Numbered from the whole stretch's first letter, positions 11,119-20,729 are shown. The stretch: DNA of 62,620 nt, filler included, from 3 parts of 3 records of this genome joined end to end with filler, not necessarily neighbours in it; one strand, 5' to 3'. Notes: generated by a model from the sequence alone, not told the origin. A program made the numbers and translations.

Positions 11119-12450
11119 ATGAATCCTTTCAAAATATTCCCCAGAGCAATTCCCGCTTTTCTATTGCTATTCTTCTTTTCCACCGCCCTTCAAGGACAAA
11201 TATTGAAAAAACTGGGAAAGCGGGCAGAAAGGGCTGTAGAACGGACTGTAGAAAACAGGGTAGACAGGGAAGCCTCAAAAAAGACAGATGAAGTATTGGA
11301 CAGCATCTTGGAGCCCGGCAGCAAGGGTCCTTCCACCAACCCTCAGGTTGAGAACCCACTACCTCCAGCTGGACAGGAAAATCCGGGAGGTAGTATTGGC
11401 AATAGTAAAGATATGCCCTCTACGGGTGGCGTAAAAACCATTGAGGTATACAGTAAGTTTGACTATGTCCCCGGTGACAAACCTCTGTTTTATGATGATT
11501 TCTCGAATGAGTTCATTGGAGATTTTCCTTCCAAATGGAATACCAACGGTGGCGGGGAAGTTGTATCCATAAATGACTCCGGTGAAAAGTGGTTAGAATT
11601 GATTTCTGGATACAACATTTATTTTATTCCAGACTTACCAAACCTACCTGAGGAATACACCATTGAATTTGATGTAATGGCCCTTGGATTGGACAACAAG
11701 ACTTCTTCTACAGCATTTCTTAGAGTAGCACTAAGTGATGACGACAAATTTAAGGACGGTGCCAATTTCGTACATGCCCATATCCCTTTTTGCTTATATT
11801 CCCCAATAGGCATCACCATGGCCAATCACATCAATAACAAAAGGGAAATATACAGTGTTGTCAAGGCCGATCTAAGAGATGAGATTGTGGACAGACCACA
11901 TATTTCCATCGCCGTGAATAAGCAGCGGTTTCGATTATGGGTCAACGAAGAAAAACATATCGATATCCCTAGGATGGTTCCTCAAGGAGCTATATTGAAA
12001 TCTTTAAAATTTCATATGAACAATTTTAAGGATGGAAAGGAACGTATTTTTATCTCCAATTTGAAAGTTGCAGAAGGAGGGGTAGACCTTAGACGGAAAT
12101 TGATTTCCGAGGGGGAAGTCTCCACCAATGGTATTTTGTTCGATTCAGGATCGGCCAACATCCAACCGCAATCCATGGGAATCATTCGACAAATTTCTCA
12201 AGTTTTACAGGAAGAAAACGGAATGAACCTAATGATCATTGGACATACAGACGCCGATGGCCCAGAAGATACCAATTTAAGCCTGTCCCAAAAGCGAGCT
12301 GCAGCAGTGAAAAACGCCTTGGTTAGCGTTTATGGTATTTCAGACAGCCGTTTGCAAACCCAAGGCAAGGGAGAAAACGAACCCATTGGGGACAATAATA
12401 CTCCCGACGGCAAAGCCCAAAACAGGCGTGTCGTTTTCAAAAAAATATAA
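11119..12450 (+). CDS. OmpA-family peptidoglycan-binding protein with an N-terminal beta-sandwich domain
   Basis: Signal peptide; C-terminal ILFDSGSA, IIGHTD, NLSLSQKRA and NRRVVF OmpA_C motifs; ATG 11119 preferred. Confidence 0.88.
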   Translation: MNPFKIFPRAIPAFLLLFFFSTALQGQILKKLGKRAERAVERTVENRVDREASKKTDEVLDSILEPGSKGPSTNPQVENPLPPAGQENPGGSIGNSKDMPSTGGVKTIEVYSKFDYVPGDKPLFYDDFSNEFIGDFPSKWNTNGGGEVVSINDSGEKWLELISGYNIYFIPDLPNLPEEYTIEFDVMALGLDNKTSSTAFLRVALSDDDKFKDGANFVHAHIPFCLYSPIGITMANHINNKREIYSVVKADLRDEIVDRPHISIAVNKQRFRLWVNEEKHIDIPRMVPQGAILKSLKFHMNNFKDGKERIFISNLKVAEGGVDLRRKLISEGEVSTNGILFDSGSANIQPQSMGIIRQISQVLQEENGMNLMIIGHTDADGPEDTNLSLSQKRAAAVKNALVSVYGISDSRLQTQGKGENEPIGDNNTPDGKAQNRRVVFKKI

Positions 12451-12480
12451 CGTTAAACATATCCAACTTAAATAAAAAAT

Positions 12481-13173
12481 ATGAGAACACTTATCCTAAT
12501 TTATAGCCTTTTCCTTGTTTCCTCAACAGCATTGTCCCAGAACTGTAGTAAATACTACCCAATGGAAGAAGGTACAAGTTTTCAATATACCATGACCAAC
12601 AAAAAAGGAAAGACAGAAGGAATTACCGACTACTCTATTACAAATGTTGAAAATACAGGTGGCGTTACCACGGCCTCAATGAATATGAAGTTTACCGATG
12701 AAAAAGGAAAGGAAATATTTGTATCCGATTATAAACTTAGCTGTACAGGGGATGTAGTCAAGATAGACTACAATTCACTGGTACCGGCACAAATGATGAA
12801 ACAATATACGGATATGGGGGTAGAAATGGAGATTAGCGGAACAGATATAGAGTTGCCCAACAATCTTAGTGTCGGACAGGGCTTAGACGACGCCAATGTA
12901 GCCATGTCCATCAAAATGCCTGGCATGAACATGAATATTAAAGTAGACCAGCTAAATAGGATAGTGGAAAAAAAAGAAAGTGTCACCACCCCAGCAGGAA
13001 CCTATGAGTGTTACGTGATAACCCAGGACAATGTTTCTGAGACCATGGGCGTAAAACAAACAATGCAATCCAAGTTATGGCTTGCGGAAGGTGTAGGAAT
13101 GGTAAAGCAGGAAACCTACAATAAAAAAGGTGATCTTATGAGCAAAAGCGAGCTTACCTCTTTTAAAAAATAA
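12481..13173 (+). CDS. Secreted beta-rich protein (DUF3108/TapB-like)
   Basis: Signal peptide; ESVTTPAGTYECY and WLAEGVGMVK motifs. Confidence 0.6.
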   Translation: MRTLILIYSLFLVSSTALSQNCSKYYPMEEGTSFQYTMTNKKGKTEGITDYSITNVENTGGVTTASMNMKFTDEKGKEIFVSDYKLSCTGDVVKIDYNSLVPAQMMKQYTDMGVEMEISGTDIELPNNLSVGQGLDDANVAMSIKMPGMNMNIKVDQLNRIVEKKESVTTPAGTYECYVITQDNVSETMGVKQTMQSKLWLAEGVGMVKQETYNKKGDLMSKSELTSFKK

Positions 13174-13248
13174 CGAAAGTAATGCTATTGGTTTAACATA
13201 AATTATGTTTTTAACTTAGCAAGACGCCCATAAAAATCCCTCATTGAC

Positions 13249-14091
13249 ATGTTTACATTATTTCCAGTTACCAAAAAGTTGCTGCCCTATATTTCTTTTT
13301 ATTATGAAATGAAATGGGAAAGCAAGGATTATGATAATGGAATTCGTGAAGTTATCCTACCCAGTGGTAAGGCATTTATGGTTTTTCAGTATGAAGGAAG
13401 GTTTAGGGGAACCATTTATGGCCAGGAACGTTTTGTTCCCAAATATTATACTATTGGTCAGCAGAGTTCCAATTATACCGTATTCTCGGACCATAAAACC
13501 ATGGGGCTAATTGGTGCTGCCTTTAAGCCAACAGGTTTACATAAGTTGTTCAATATAGATGTCTCCACTTATACCAATATACCAACGGACTCCACCTCGC
13601 TTTTTGGTAAGGACATACAACCTTTTGAAGTCTTATTTGAAGCAGAGAATGAAGCCCATAAAAGGGTAGAGCTTATTGAAAATTTGCTTTTGGGCCGGCT
13701 AGGGAACAAAGAATTCAAAGATAATTTTATTGATGTTTCCATAGATTTAATGCATGCCTCCCTTGGCTGCGGCTCCATTTCCTCTATTGTCAAAAAGTTA
13801 AATGTGAGTGAACGCTATTTCCAAAAAAAATTCAAATTAATGGTGGGTATAGCCCCATCAGCATATAATAGAATAATAAGATTCAATAATTTGTTCTCAG
13901 AATTGGACCAACACAATGAAAACGATTACCGTATCTTAAGCGCCCTGTTCCATTATTACGATTCCTCTCACTTTAGGAAAGATTTCAAAAAATACTGCGG
14001 AGAAGTCCCAAAGCAATTTCATTTGGACAAATTTGAATTTGTTAAGGAAGCCTTTGTAAAAAATCCTATTTTTTTGAATAGCACCCCATAA
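13249..14091 (+). CDS. AraC-family transcriptional regulator (DUF6597-type N-terminal domain)
   Basis: C-terminal HTH SERYFQKKFK..VGIAP and YYDSSHFRKDFKKY. Confidence 0.88.
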   Translation: MFTLFPVTKKLLPYISFYYEMKWESKDYDNGIREVILPSGKAFMVFQYEGRFRGTIYGQERFVPKYYTIGQQSSNYTVFSDHKTMGLIGAAFKPTGLHKLFNIDVSTYTNIPTDSTSLFGKDIQPFEVLFEAENEAHKRVELIENLLLGRLGNKEFKDNFIDVSIDLMHASLGCGSISSIVKKLNVSERYFQKKFKLMVGIAPSAYNRIIRFNNLFSELDQHNENDYRILSALFHYYDSSHFRKDFKKYCGEVPKQFHLDKFEFVKEAFVKNPIFLNSTP

Positions 14092-14479
14092 ACCAACACC
14101 ATGCCGGTGTTTTTTTGTTTTACTTTTTATAATAATAGTTTATTAATGAGTATTTAATTACCAAATATCATTTAGGACGGGTTTTTACCAATTTCCTAAA
14201 ATATTGGTCGTATCTTATTGGTAACAAATAAAGCCTTACCCCCCAATCTTTTGCACATGGACTAAAATGTACTTTTGGTATATCCATACTGATATTTAAA
14301 CCATAGTATTGGAACGAACAGTTTAGCTCCAATTACTACTTAAATAAATAATCACTGAGAATTATATGGCCAATCATAAAAACAAAATAGGCATGAAAAG
14401 CCTTTAAATAGGATCAATTGCGATAGGGACGGATGGCTTCCGAACAAGCTTTAAACAGACACCAAAAAAAATAAAAAAT

Positions 14480-14507
14480 GTTAACCTTCCCAAGGAAATA
14501 TCATTAA
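14480..14507 (+). promoter_or_regulatory. Putative ECF-sigma promoter, copy 2
   Basis: GTTAACC-N15-CATTAA, 54 nt before ATG 14534. Confidence 0.7.
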
Positions 14508-14533
14508 AGGGTAACAATAAAAAAATAAGAACC

Positions 14534-14881
14534 ATGAAAACGTTAAAAACATTTTTATTATTAGCCTGTTTGGGCTGTATGGGCTTCATACAGGCCCAAA
14601 CCGAACCCAAGCCAACGACTCCCGTTACCAATAATTTTTTGGATTTGCAGGCCACTACCCTGGGCAACATCTTTGGAGATTCGCTAACTGGGGGTAATGG
14701 GGAGGTAAACGGTTATTTAGATTTGGTAAACAAAAGTGATATGCCCGAGGCAGATAAGCAAAATCTAAGGGATGCGTATATGGAGTATTCCAAATCTTTG
14801 GATGCCCAGGGCAAGGATTCCCTGCAAAAGGGAATGGCCAAAGAATTTATGCTACAAACAAAAAAAGATACCATTAAATAA
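14534..14881 (+). CDS. Small secreted hypothetical protein
   Basis: Signal peptide ending IQA-Q; A-rich initiation region; upstream promoter motif. Confidence 0.7.
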   Translation: MKTLKTFLLLACLGCMGFIQAQTEPKPTTPVTNNFLDLQATTLGNIFGDSLTGGNGEVNGYLDLVNKSDMPEADKQNLRDAYMEYSKSLDAQGKDSLQKGMAKEFMLQTKKDTIK

Positions 14882-14892
14882 AAAACGTTCCC

Positions 14893-15510
14893 ATGAAAAA
14901 TTTGTTTAATACCATCATTATACTGACCCTCCTTTTTTCCTGTGGGGAAACCGTTAATAAAACTGAGGACAGGGCTGAAAACTTAACTGAAATCGACCCA
15001 CAAAATAAAGAGAAAACAGTAGCAAACCGCGGCGACAACACTACCTATTTGTGCAAGATCAACGGGGAAGATTGGGGCTATACCTCGGCCGACGGCCTGG
15101 TATCGCGCAACAGTTCTACCAACATACGCACAGCTACGATTACGTTTATAAAAAAACTAGAAAAGGGCAGTGAGTCGATACAGTTGGAATACAATGTGGA
15201 TGCCAATACCCTGACCCGTGTCTTGGCAGAGCTAAAACGCCCCGATAAAGACGGCAATTTATTTACCAACTTTTACAACCAAGCGGCAGACCGTTTGGAG
15301 CGGAATCCAGAAGCCAGCATGAGCGGGACCGTTACCTTGTCCGAAGACCAACGTATTGCTGCCGGCAATGCCCTTTTCACTGTACAGAACGACTTTGAAA
15401 AAGACAAACTCGGCAACAAGGGCGATCTGTTGATTACCGTTTCGGACCTAAATTTTTCAGGCGTATCCTATTCAGATACGGACGATTTAAAAAAATTGTT
15501 CAAGAAATAG
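14893..15510 (+). CDS. Hypothetical lipoprotein
   Basis: Lipobox LFSC; 11 nt after the previous gene. Confidence 0.75.
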   Translation: MKNLFNTIIILTLLFSCGETVNKTEDRAENLTEIDPQNKEKTVANRGDNTTYLCKINGEDWGYTSADGLVSRNSSTNIRTATITFIKKLEKGSESIQLEYNVDANTLTRVLAELKRPDKDGNLFTNFYNQAADRLERNPEASMSGTVTLSEDQRIAAGNALFTVQNDFEKDKLGNKGDLLITVSDLNFSGVSYSDTDDLKKLFKK

Positions 15511-15651
15511 TCCATTTAAGGTAAATTAAATATTAGAAAGCATTGACGTAACAAATAATATAAATAAACTCTTGAGAGGCTCGTGCCAAACTCATTAAGC
15601 CCTTACCAATTAATAAATAGGAATACATTGTAAATACTTAAAACTAGAATT

Positions 15652-16260
15652 ATGAAAAAAAAACCGATCATTATCATTGCATTTGCAGCGCTTCTGATAG
15701 CATCCTGCATAAAAGACTATGTTCGCCATGGGGGCGACAAAATAGAGCTTACCCAGGATAATTATTTATATGAGGGAGATCTATACCGCGTGTACCTGGA
15801 TCAGGAGATAGCTAAACTGGATGTCACCATTGCGGCCCTGAACGATATCATTGCCAATAATCAGGCCGATCAGACAACCTTGAACGATCTTAAGGCAGCG
15901 GAAGAAGCCAAGGAGAACTTTGTTTCTGAAATAACTACGATCATAGACCTGGGACAAGTAGGTAGGACAATTCCGAGGCCAAGACCGCCTTGCCCTTTAC
16001 CATTAAGCTGTGATTATAGTCTTTTTGAATACCTATTGGCGCCAAATAACGTGGAAAAATTGGAAATATTAATCTTAAATGAGAATGGCAAAACCATTGG
16101 AGGGGGCACAATAGATGATTTAAGTCCCTTGTCCGGTACCGGAGGTATGATCCTATTTAGTAAATTAAAGATTGATTCCTACACAGACCCTATATCCATT
16201 TCAGTAAAAGTTTTTGATGGAAACGGGATATTGCGGAGTTATCTAGTGGAAAGCCATTAG
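15652..16260 (+). CDS. Hypothetical lipoprotein with a coiled coil and a Pro/Cys linker
   Basis: Lipobox IASC; helical segment followed by PRPRPPCPLPLSC. Confidence 0.72.
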   Translation: MKKKPIIIIAFAALLIASCIKDYVRHGGDKIELTQDNYLYEGDLYRVYLDQEIAKLDVTIAALNDIIANNQADQTTLNDLKAAEEAKENFVSEITTIIDLGQVGRTIPRPRPPCPLPLSCDYSLFEYLLAPNNVEKLEILILNENGKTIGGGTIDDLSPLSGTGGMILFSKLKIDSYTDPISISVKVFDGNGILRSYLVESH

Positions 16261-16280
16261 TCCTATTAAAAGGCCTTAAA

Positions 16281-16427
16281 CATACAAAGGCTAATCTAAA
16301 AAGCGTATTTTTATTCCTCTATCGCATCGAACACAGTCGAGCTTGCGTGAACCCTTTTGGTTTAACGTTCTCCACTCTTCCCGAAATGATAGATGAATGG
16401 ACTTTTTAGATTGGCCTTTTTTGTATG
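16281..16427 (+). repeat. Long-range inverted repeat whose right arm covers the CHAT start codon
   Basis: CATACAAAGGCTAATCTAAAAAG (16281-16303) pairs with CTTTTTAGATTGGCCTTTTTTGTATG (16402-16427), with one G-U pair and a 3-nt bulge. Confidence 0.75.
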
Positions 16428-19202
16428 AACCGGTATGCTTCACTTTTACTGATACTTTTTTCCATTACGGCTTTTGCCCAAAAAGCATCCTATGACACCC
16501 AAATGGATGATCTTTTTGTAAAGGCCTACGAGCATTTGTATGTCAACAAGGATTCCGCCTACCATTATTTTAATGAAATAGAAGTTCTGGCCAACAAAAA
16601 CCAGGACTGGGCAACTGTTTTTGAAGCCCTGATCAGCTCCAATAGAAATGCAGGCGCCTTTTATGACCTTGACAAACTAAGTGGCAATCTAAACCGTTTG
16701 GATTCCCTTTTTTTAAAACATAAGCCCTATCTGGATACCCTGCCGGAAAAACGTCTTTATGTTAATTCCTTATTGTACGATAAGGGCAATTATTATTTTC
16801 AACTTAATAATTACAGGTCTTCCCGGCAAACCTTTGGGCAAATTATTGATTCCCTGGAACCATTGCCGAATACGGAAATGGATGAAGAACTAATTGATCT
16901 TCTATCGGTTTCATATAGCTTTATTGCCAAGATGTATACTGATGAAGGTAAATATGAACTTGCCCAACAGTATTACGACAAGAACATTAGGTACATCCTC
17001 CAAAAAAAACCAAATGACCTAGCTTCCCTGAACACAAATTACAGTTTACTGGCGGAACTCTACGGTAAAAAAGGGCAATATGAAAACTCCAACGCCTATT
17101 TCAAAAAGGCACTTGGGTTCTATCTAAAAGTCCAAACCGGCATTAATGGTATTATTGCAACAGCCCATAACCTTTCGGAAAACTATCTAGCCCTTTCCAA
17201 AACAGATAGTGCCCAATATTATCTAAAATTGGCCAAAAACTATTTAAACGAAACCCATCATTTTGCTTCCTATCATCATAGGGTTCAAGCAAAATTGGAA
17301 CAGAAAATGAACAATTATGAATTGGCACTTAAGGAATTAAATTTTGCTCTTCATCTGGAAAAGGAGAAATGGAAAAATGCCAAAAATGAGAGTATCGCCA
17401 TAACTTACAATGAAATTGGAATGCTTCAGGCAGCATTTGGCCAGTATGTAAATGCGGTTGCCAATTATAATCTGGGATTGGAGCAAGTTGAGGACTTTGA
17501 CTCTAGGGGAACCTCAACCTTAAAGCTCCTCAAAAATAAATCTGTTTCCCTAAACAAGCTGGGCAATAATGATAATTATAAGGCCACTATGGAAACAGTA
17601 CATCTTGGCATAAAAACCTTGGACACTTTGAAACCTTCATTTAGGAGCAAGGCAGACCAATTGTTTCTTATTGAAGATGCTTTTCCATTATTTGAATCCG
17701 GCCTGGAAGCTGCATACCAACTTTATGCTTCCACCAGTGACGATTCCCTTATAGATCTCGCTTTCCGATATTCCGAGAAAAGTAAATCTGTCCTATTGCT
17801 GGAGGCCCTTTTGGAAGCCAAAGCCACCCAATTTGCAAATATACCCAATGACGTCCTAGAGAGAGAGAGTGAGTTAAAATCTGAAATCACCTATTTGGAA
17901 AAACAGATCAAGAATTCTGAAACAGACCAGAGCGACCAAAAGGATGCACTTTTCACCCTAAAAGAAGAATACCGACAACTAGTACAAAAACTGGAGGTGG
18001 ACTATAAAAGCTATTACGATTTAAAATACAATACCACTACTGTTTCACTGGAGGTATCCCAAAAATCCCTGTCCAAACACCAACTTCTAATTTCATATTT
18101 CTATGGCAACAAGGCTATTTATGCCATTGCTTTGAATAGAGGTAAAAAGGAAATGTTCCGGATACCGATTGATGCAGACCTGGAGGCAAACATTAAAAAA
18201 GTCTATCAAATGCTTTCCGATCCCAAGTCCGATGTAATTGCATTGGGTAACGCTACTTATAGCATATATGAACTTCTTCTAAAACCGATCTTAAATTCCG
18301 GCGATCAAAAGAAACTAATTATTATTCCCGATGGTCTTTTAAATTACCTTCCGTTCTCGGCTTTGAACACAAGTCCCGGAGGCATAAGATATTTGGCAGA
18401 AAACCATGCCATTGGCTATGTTAATTCGGCCACGCTGCTTTCGGAATTAGAGGAACGGCAACCTAAAGAGCATACCATTTTGGCCTTTGCCCCCAGCTTT
18501 GACGGTACGGTGAGCGTAAGCAATCCCGACCGTGGAAAATTACTGCCGCTACCCAATAACAAAAAGGAAGTTGAACAGATATTAACATCTTTCCATGGCC
18601 GTGCTTATATTGATGGGGAGGCTTCCCTACGCAACTTTAAATCCCAACTAGCCTCTTTTGGGATGGTACACTTGGCCACTCACGCCATTTTTGACGATAC
18701 TGCTCCAGAATACTCCTATTTAGCCTTTGCACAAAATGGAAATGCAGCGGAGGATCTACTCTATGTAGCCGATCTTTACAACCTGCAGTTGGATGCCGAT
18801 CTGGTAACCCTAAGTGCCTGTGAAAGTGGAATAGGGGATCTTAAGCGCGGCGAGGGCTTTCTAAGCTTGGCACGGGGCTTCTTTTATAGCGGGGCAGCAA
18901 GCATTGCCAGCACCTTGTGGAAGATCAACGATGCCAGTACCACCACATTGATGACCAGTTTCTATAAAAATCTTTCCAAGGGAGAGGCCAAGGATGTAGC
19001 CCTTCAAAACGCCCAGATAGAATTTTTGGACAACAATAGGGATAACGCTCTATCGCATCCCTACTATTGGTCGGCCTTTGTAATTTCCGGCAATACATTG
19101 GCACTTTCCCTTCCCTATAATTGGATCTGGTTTATACTAGTAACTCTCGTAGTATTGGTAAGCGGTTTTCTATACTTCAAAACAAAAAAGGGAGTCAATT
19201 AA
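16425..19202 (+). CDS. TPR-CHAT (caspase-like peptidase) protein with an N-terminal signal peptide and a C-terminal TM anchor
   Basis: Multiple TPRs; CHAT motifs LIIIPDGLLNYLPF, HLATHA (catalytic His), LVTLSACESG (catalytic Cys), STLWKIND, HPYYWSAF; TM WIWFILVTLVVLVSGFLYF followed by KTKK. Confidence 0.92.
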   Translation: MNRYASLLLILFSITAFAQKASYDTQMDDLFVKAYEHLYVNKDSAYHYFNEIEVLANKNQDWATVFEALISSNRNAGAFYDLDKLSGNLNRLDSLFLKHKPYLDTLPEKRLYVNSLLYDKGNYYFQLNNYRSSRQTFGQIIDSLEPLPNTEMDEELIDLLSVSYSFIAKMYTDEGKYELAQQYYDKNIRYILQKKPNDLASLNTNYSLLAELYGKKGQYENSNAYFKKALGFYLKVQTGINGIIATAHNLSENYLALSKTDSAQYYLKLAKNYLNETHHFASYHHRVQAKLEQKMNNYELALKELNFALHLEKEKWKNAKNESIAITYNEIGMLQAAFGQYVNAVANYNLGLEQVEDFDSRGTSTLKLLKNKSVSLNKLGNNDNYKATMETVHLGIKTLDTLKPSFRSKADQLFLIEDAFPLFESGLEAAYQLYASTSDDSLIDLAFRYSEKSKSVLLLEALLEAKATQFANIPNDVLERESELKSEITYLEKQIKNSETDQSDQKDALFTLKEEYRQLVQKLEVDYKSYYDLKYNTTTVSLEVSQKSLSKHQLLISYFYGNKAIYAIALNRGKKEMFRIPIDADLEANIKKVYQMLSDPKSDVIALGNATYSIYELLLKPILNSGDQKKLIIIPDGLLNYLPFSALNTSPGGIRYLAENHAIGYVNSATLLSELEERQPKEHTILAFAPSFDGTVSVSNPDRGKLLPLPNNKKEVEQILTSFHGRAYIDGEASLRNFKSQLASFGMVHLATHAIFDDTAPEYSYLAFAQNGNAAEDLLYVADLYNLQLDADLVTLSACESGIGDLKRGEGFLSLARGFFYSGAASIASTLWKINDASTTTLMTSFYKNLSKGEAKDVALQNAQIEFLDNNRDNALSHPYYWSAFVISGNTLALSLPYNWIWFILVTLVVLVSGFLYFKTKKGVN

Positions 19203-19933
19203 TCCAATTCTGCAAGTAGGGCTTGGGCCTTTTCCTTTTTGTAGTCGAAATTTTCAATAAGGTTATTTAGCATAGCCACCGCCTTTACCTCATCCTTAGT
19301 TTTAATATAGGCCAGGGCAAGGTACCAATGGGCCTCGGCCTTAAACTCCATATCGTTTAAGATAACACTTTTCAAAATCTCTATCGCTTCATTATCCTTC
19401 CCCAAATGCATATAGGACTGTGCTAGGTAAAAATTGAAATGTGTTGATCCATTTTTGGTTTTTAGATCCAAGAAAGCAGCGGCTGCCTTTTCATAATCAC
19501 TGGCCTCATAGGCTGCAAAAGCATTCCTTTCCAAGGATTGATCAGCATCACTTCTTGTAATTGTGTAGACGGTATTGGGATAGGTTTCAAAATTGGCCGC
19601 ATATAAATTGTCGTAATCAGGCCCCGAAAAAGTGCTGTAGGCTATCCAACCCAAACCTATTAATAAGGCAATTGAAGCGGCTATGGACCAATTCTTAAGT
19701 CTTGGTTTTGAAGAGATACTTTTATTCTTTGCCTCAATTTCCTTTTCAAAACCGATCAATTTCTGCTTTAGGTTTTGCTTCTGGTTTTTATTGATTATCC
19801 GCTTCAGATCGTTTTCAAATTCGAACTGGGCCTTGAACTCCAAATCCTTTTCCAACAAATCATTGAAAAGCAGTTGCTCATCATCTGTAAGCTGATCTGA
19901 AAAATAGCGATATAATAAAAGTTCCTTATCCAT
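19199..19933 (-). CDS. Putative anti-sigma factor (cytoplasmic N-terminal domain, one TM helix, extracytoplasmic TPR)
   Basis: Starts 2 nt after the ECF sigma stop; anti-sigma-like N-terminus RYFSDQLTDDEQ..F; TM WSIAASIALLIGLGWIAY; TPR-like FYLAQSY and HWYLALAY. Confidence 0.75.
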   Translation of the reverse strand: MDKELLLYRYFSDQLTDDEQLLFNDLLEKDLEFKAQFEFENDLKRIINKNQKQNLKQKLIGFEKEIEAKNKSISSKPRLKNWSIAASIALLIGLGWIAYSTFSGPDYDNLYAANFETYPNTVYTITRSDADQSLERNAFAAYEASDYEKAAAAFLDLKTKNGSTHFNFYLAQSYMHLGKDNEAIEILKSVILNDMEFKAEAHWYLALAYIKTKDEVKAVAMLNNLIENFDYKKEKAQALLAELD

Positions 19934-19935
19934 AA

Positions 19936-20508
19936 TCAGTGGGAATTATTAGCTTGAATCCGTTCCCTCAAGGTTTTCATACAACGGGATTTTGCCGCTT
20001 TTACGACATTTTCACTGTTGTAATTTTCCGCCTTCATGATTTCCTGTATAGTATAACCGCGATAGTAAAAAAGGGTCAATAATTCCTGGCATTTTTTGCC
20101 TAGGGCGCCAAAGTGTTTTTGCAATAATATTTGCTCTGTGGTCAATTCTTGTACTTCCATTTCAAATCCGTTCACCAATTCATCATCCTTGCCTACTATT
20201 GCTAGGTCAAATTTTGAGCCTACCTTTTTTTTATTCTTTTTCATGCGATCAAAAATCAAGTATTTACCAATACCAAAAAGATAGGTCGCAATACTACTGC
20301 TAAAGCTTTCGACCTTTCCACTCATCACATTGTCATAGAAAATAATATAGGCATCTTGATAAACATCTATATTTTCCTCATCCGACAAATGGTACCTCCG
20401 TGCAAAATTTAAGAATTTGTCACGGTTCTCTTCGTAAACCTGTTGCAACGCCTTATCAGAGCCTTTTCTTAGGTCATCGAGCGTAATTTCGGTTTTTGCT
20501 TCTTTCAC
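19936..20508 (-). CDS. ECF (group 4 sigma-70) RNA polymerase sigma factor; start GTG 20508 preferred, GTG 20538 possible
   Basis: Region 2 DVYQDAYIIFY..TYLFGIGK; region 4 LGKKCQELLTLFYY.GYTIQEI..KSRC. Confidence 0.9.
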   Translation of the reverse strand: MKEAKTEITLDDLRKGSDKALQQVYEENRDKFLNFARRYHLSDEENIDVYQDAYIIFYDNVMSGKVESFSSSIATYLFGIGKYLIFDRMKKNKKKVGSKFDLAIVGKDDELVNGFEMEVQELTTEQILLQKHFGALGKKCQELLTLFYYRGYTIQEIMKAENYNSENVVKAAKSRCMKTLRERIQANNSH

Positions 20509-20536
20509 TTTATGGATGGGGATAAATAAGGTTAAC
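20509..20536 (-). promoter_or_regulatory. Putative ECF-sigma promoter, copy 3, at the 5' end of the sigma gene
   Basis: Minus strand GTTAACC-TTATTTATCCCCATC (15 nt)-CATAAA, immediately followed by GTG 20508. Confidence 0.65.
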
Positions 20537-20701
20537 ACCGCGCTATGCTAATTTAACATTTTTTAAAAAAAGACGCCTATGAAAACCCTTAAATAGCGCG
20601 TACAGCTTCCATTTGTAGTATTAGCACTACAAAGAATGCCGCTACTTTACAACAAGATCTAAGTGTTGATAACAAAACACCAAAAAAAAATTCGTCTTGA
20701 G

Positions 20702-20729
20702 GTTAACCTTTCCTTCCCAAAGCTATAAA
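20702..20729 (+). promoter_or_regulatory. Putative ECF-sigma promoter, copy 4
   Basis: GTTAACC-N15-TATAAA, 53 nt before ATG 20755. Confidence 0.7.

Noticed and set aside
15601-15632. CTTACC...CATTGT upstream of the 15652 lipoprotein
   Set aside because: Both halves degenerate and spacing is 18 nt; not counted
16425-19202. CHAT protease as part of a CRISPR type III-E (Craspase) locus
   Set aside because: No cas genes or repeat-spacer array anywhere in the window, and the protein is predicted to be extracytoplasmic
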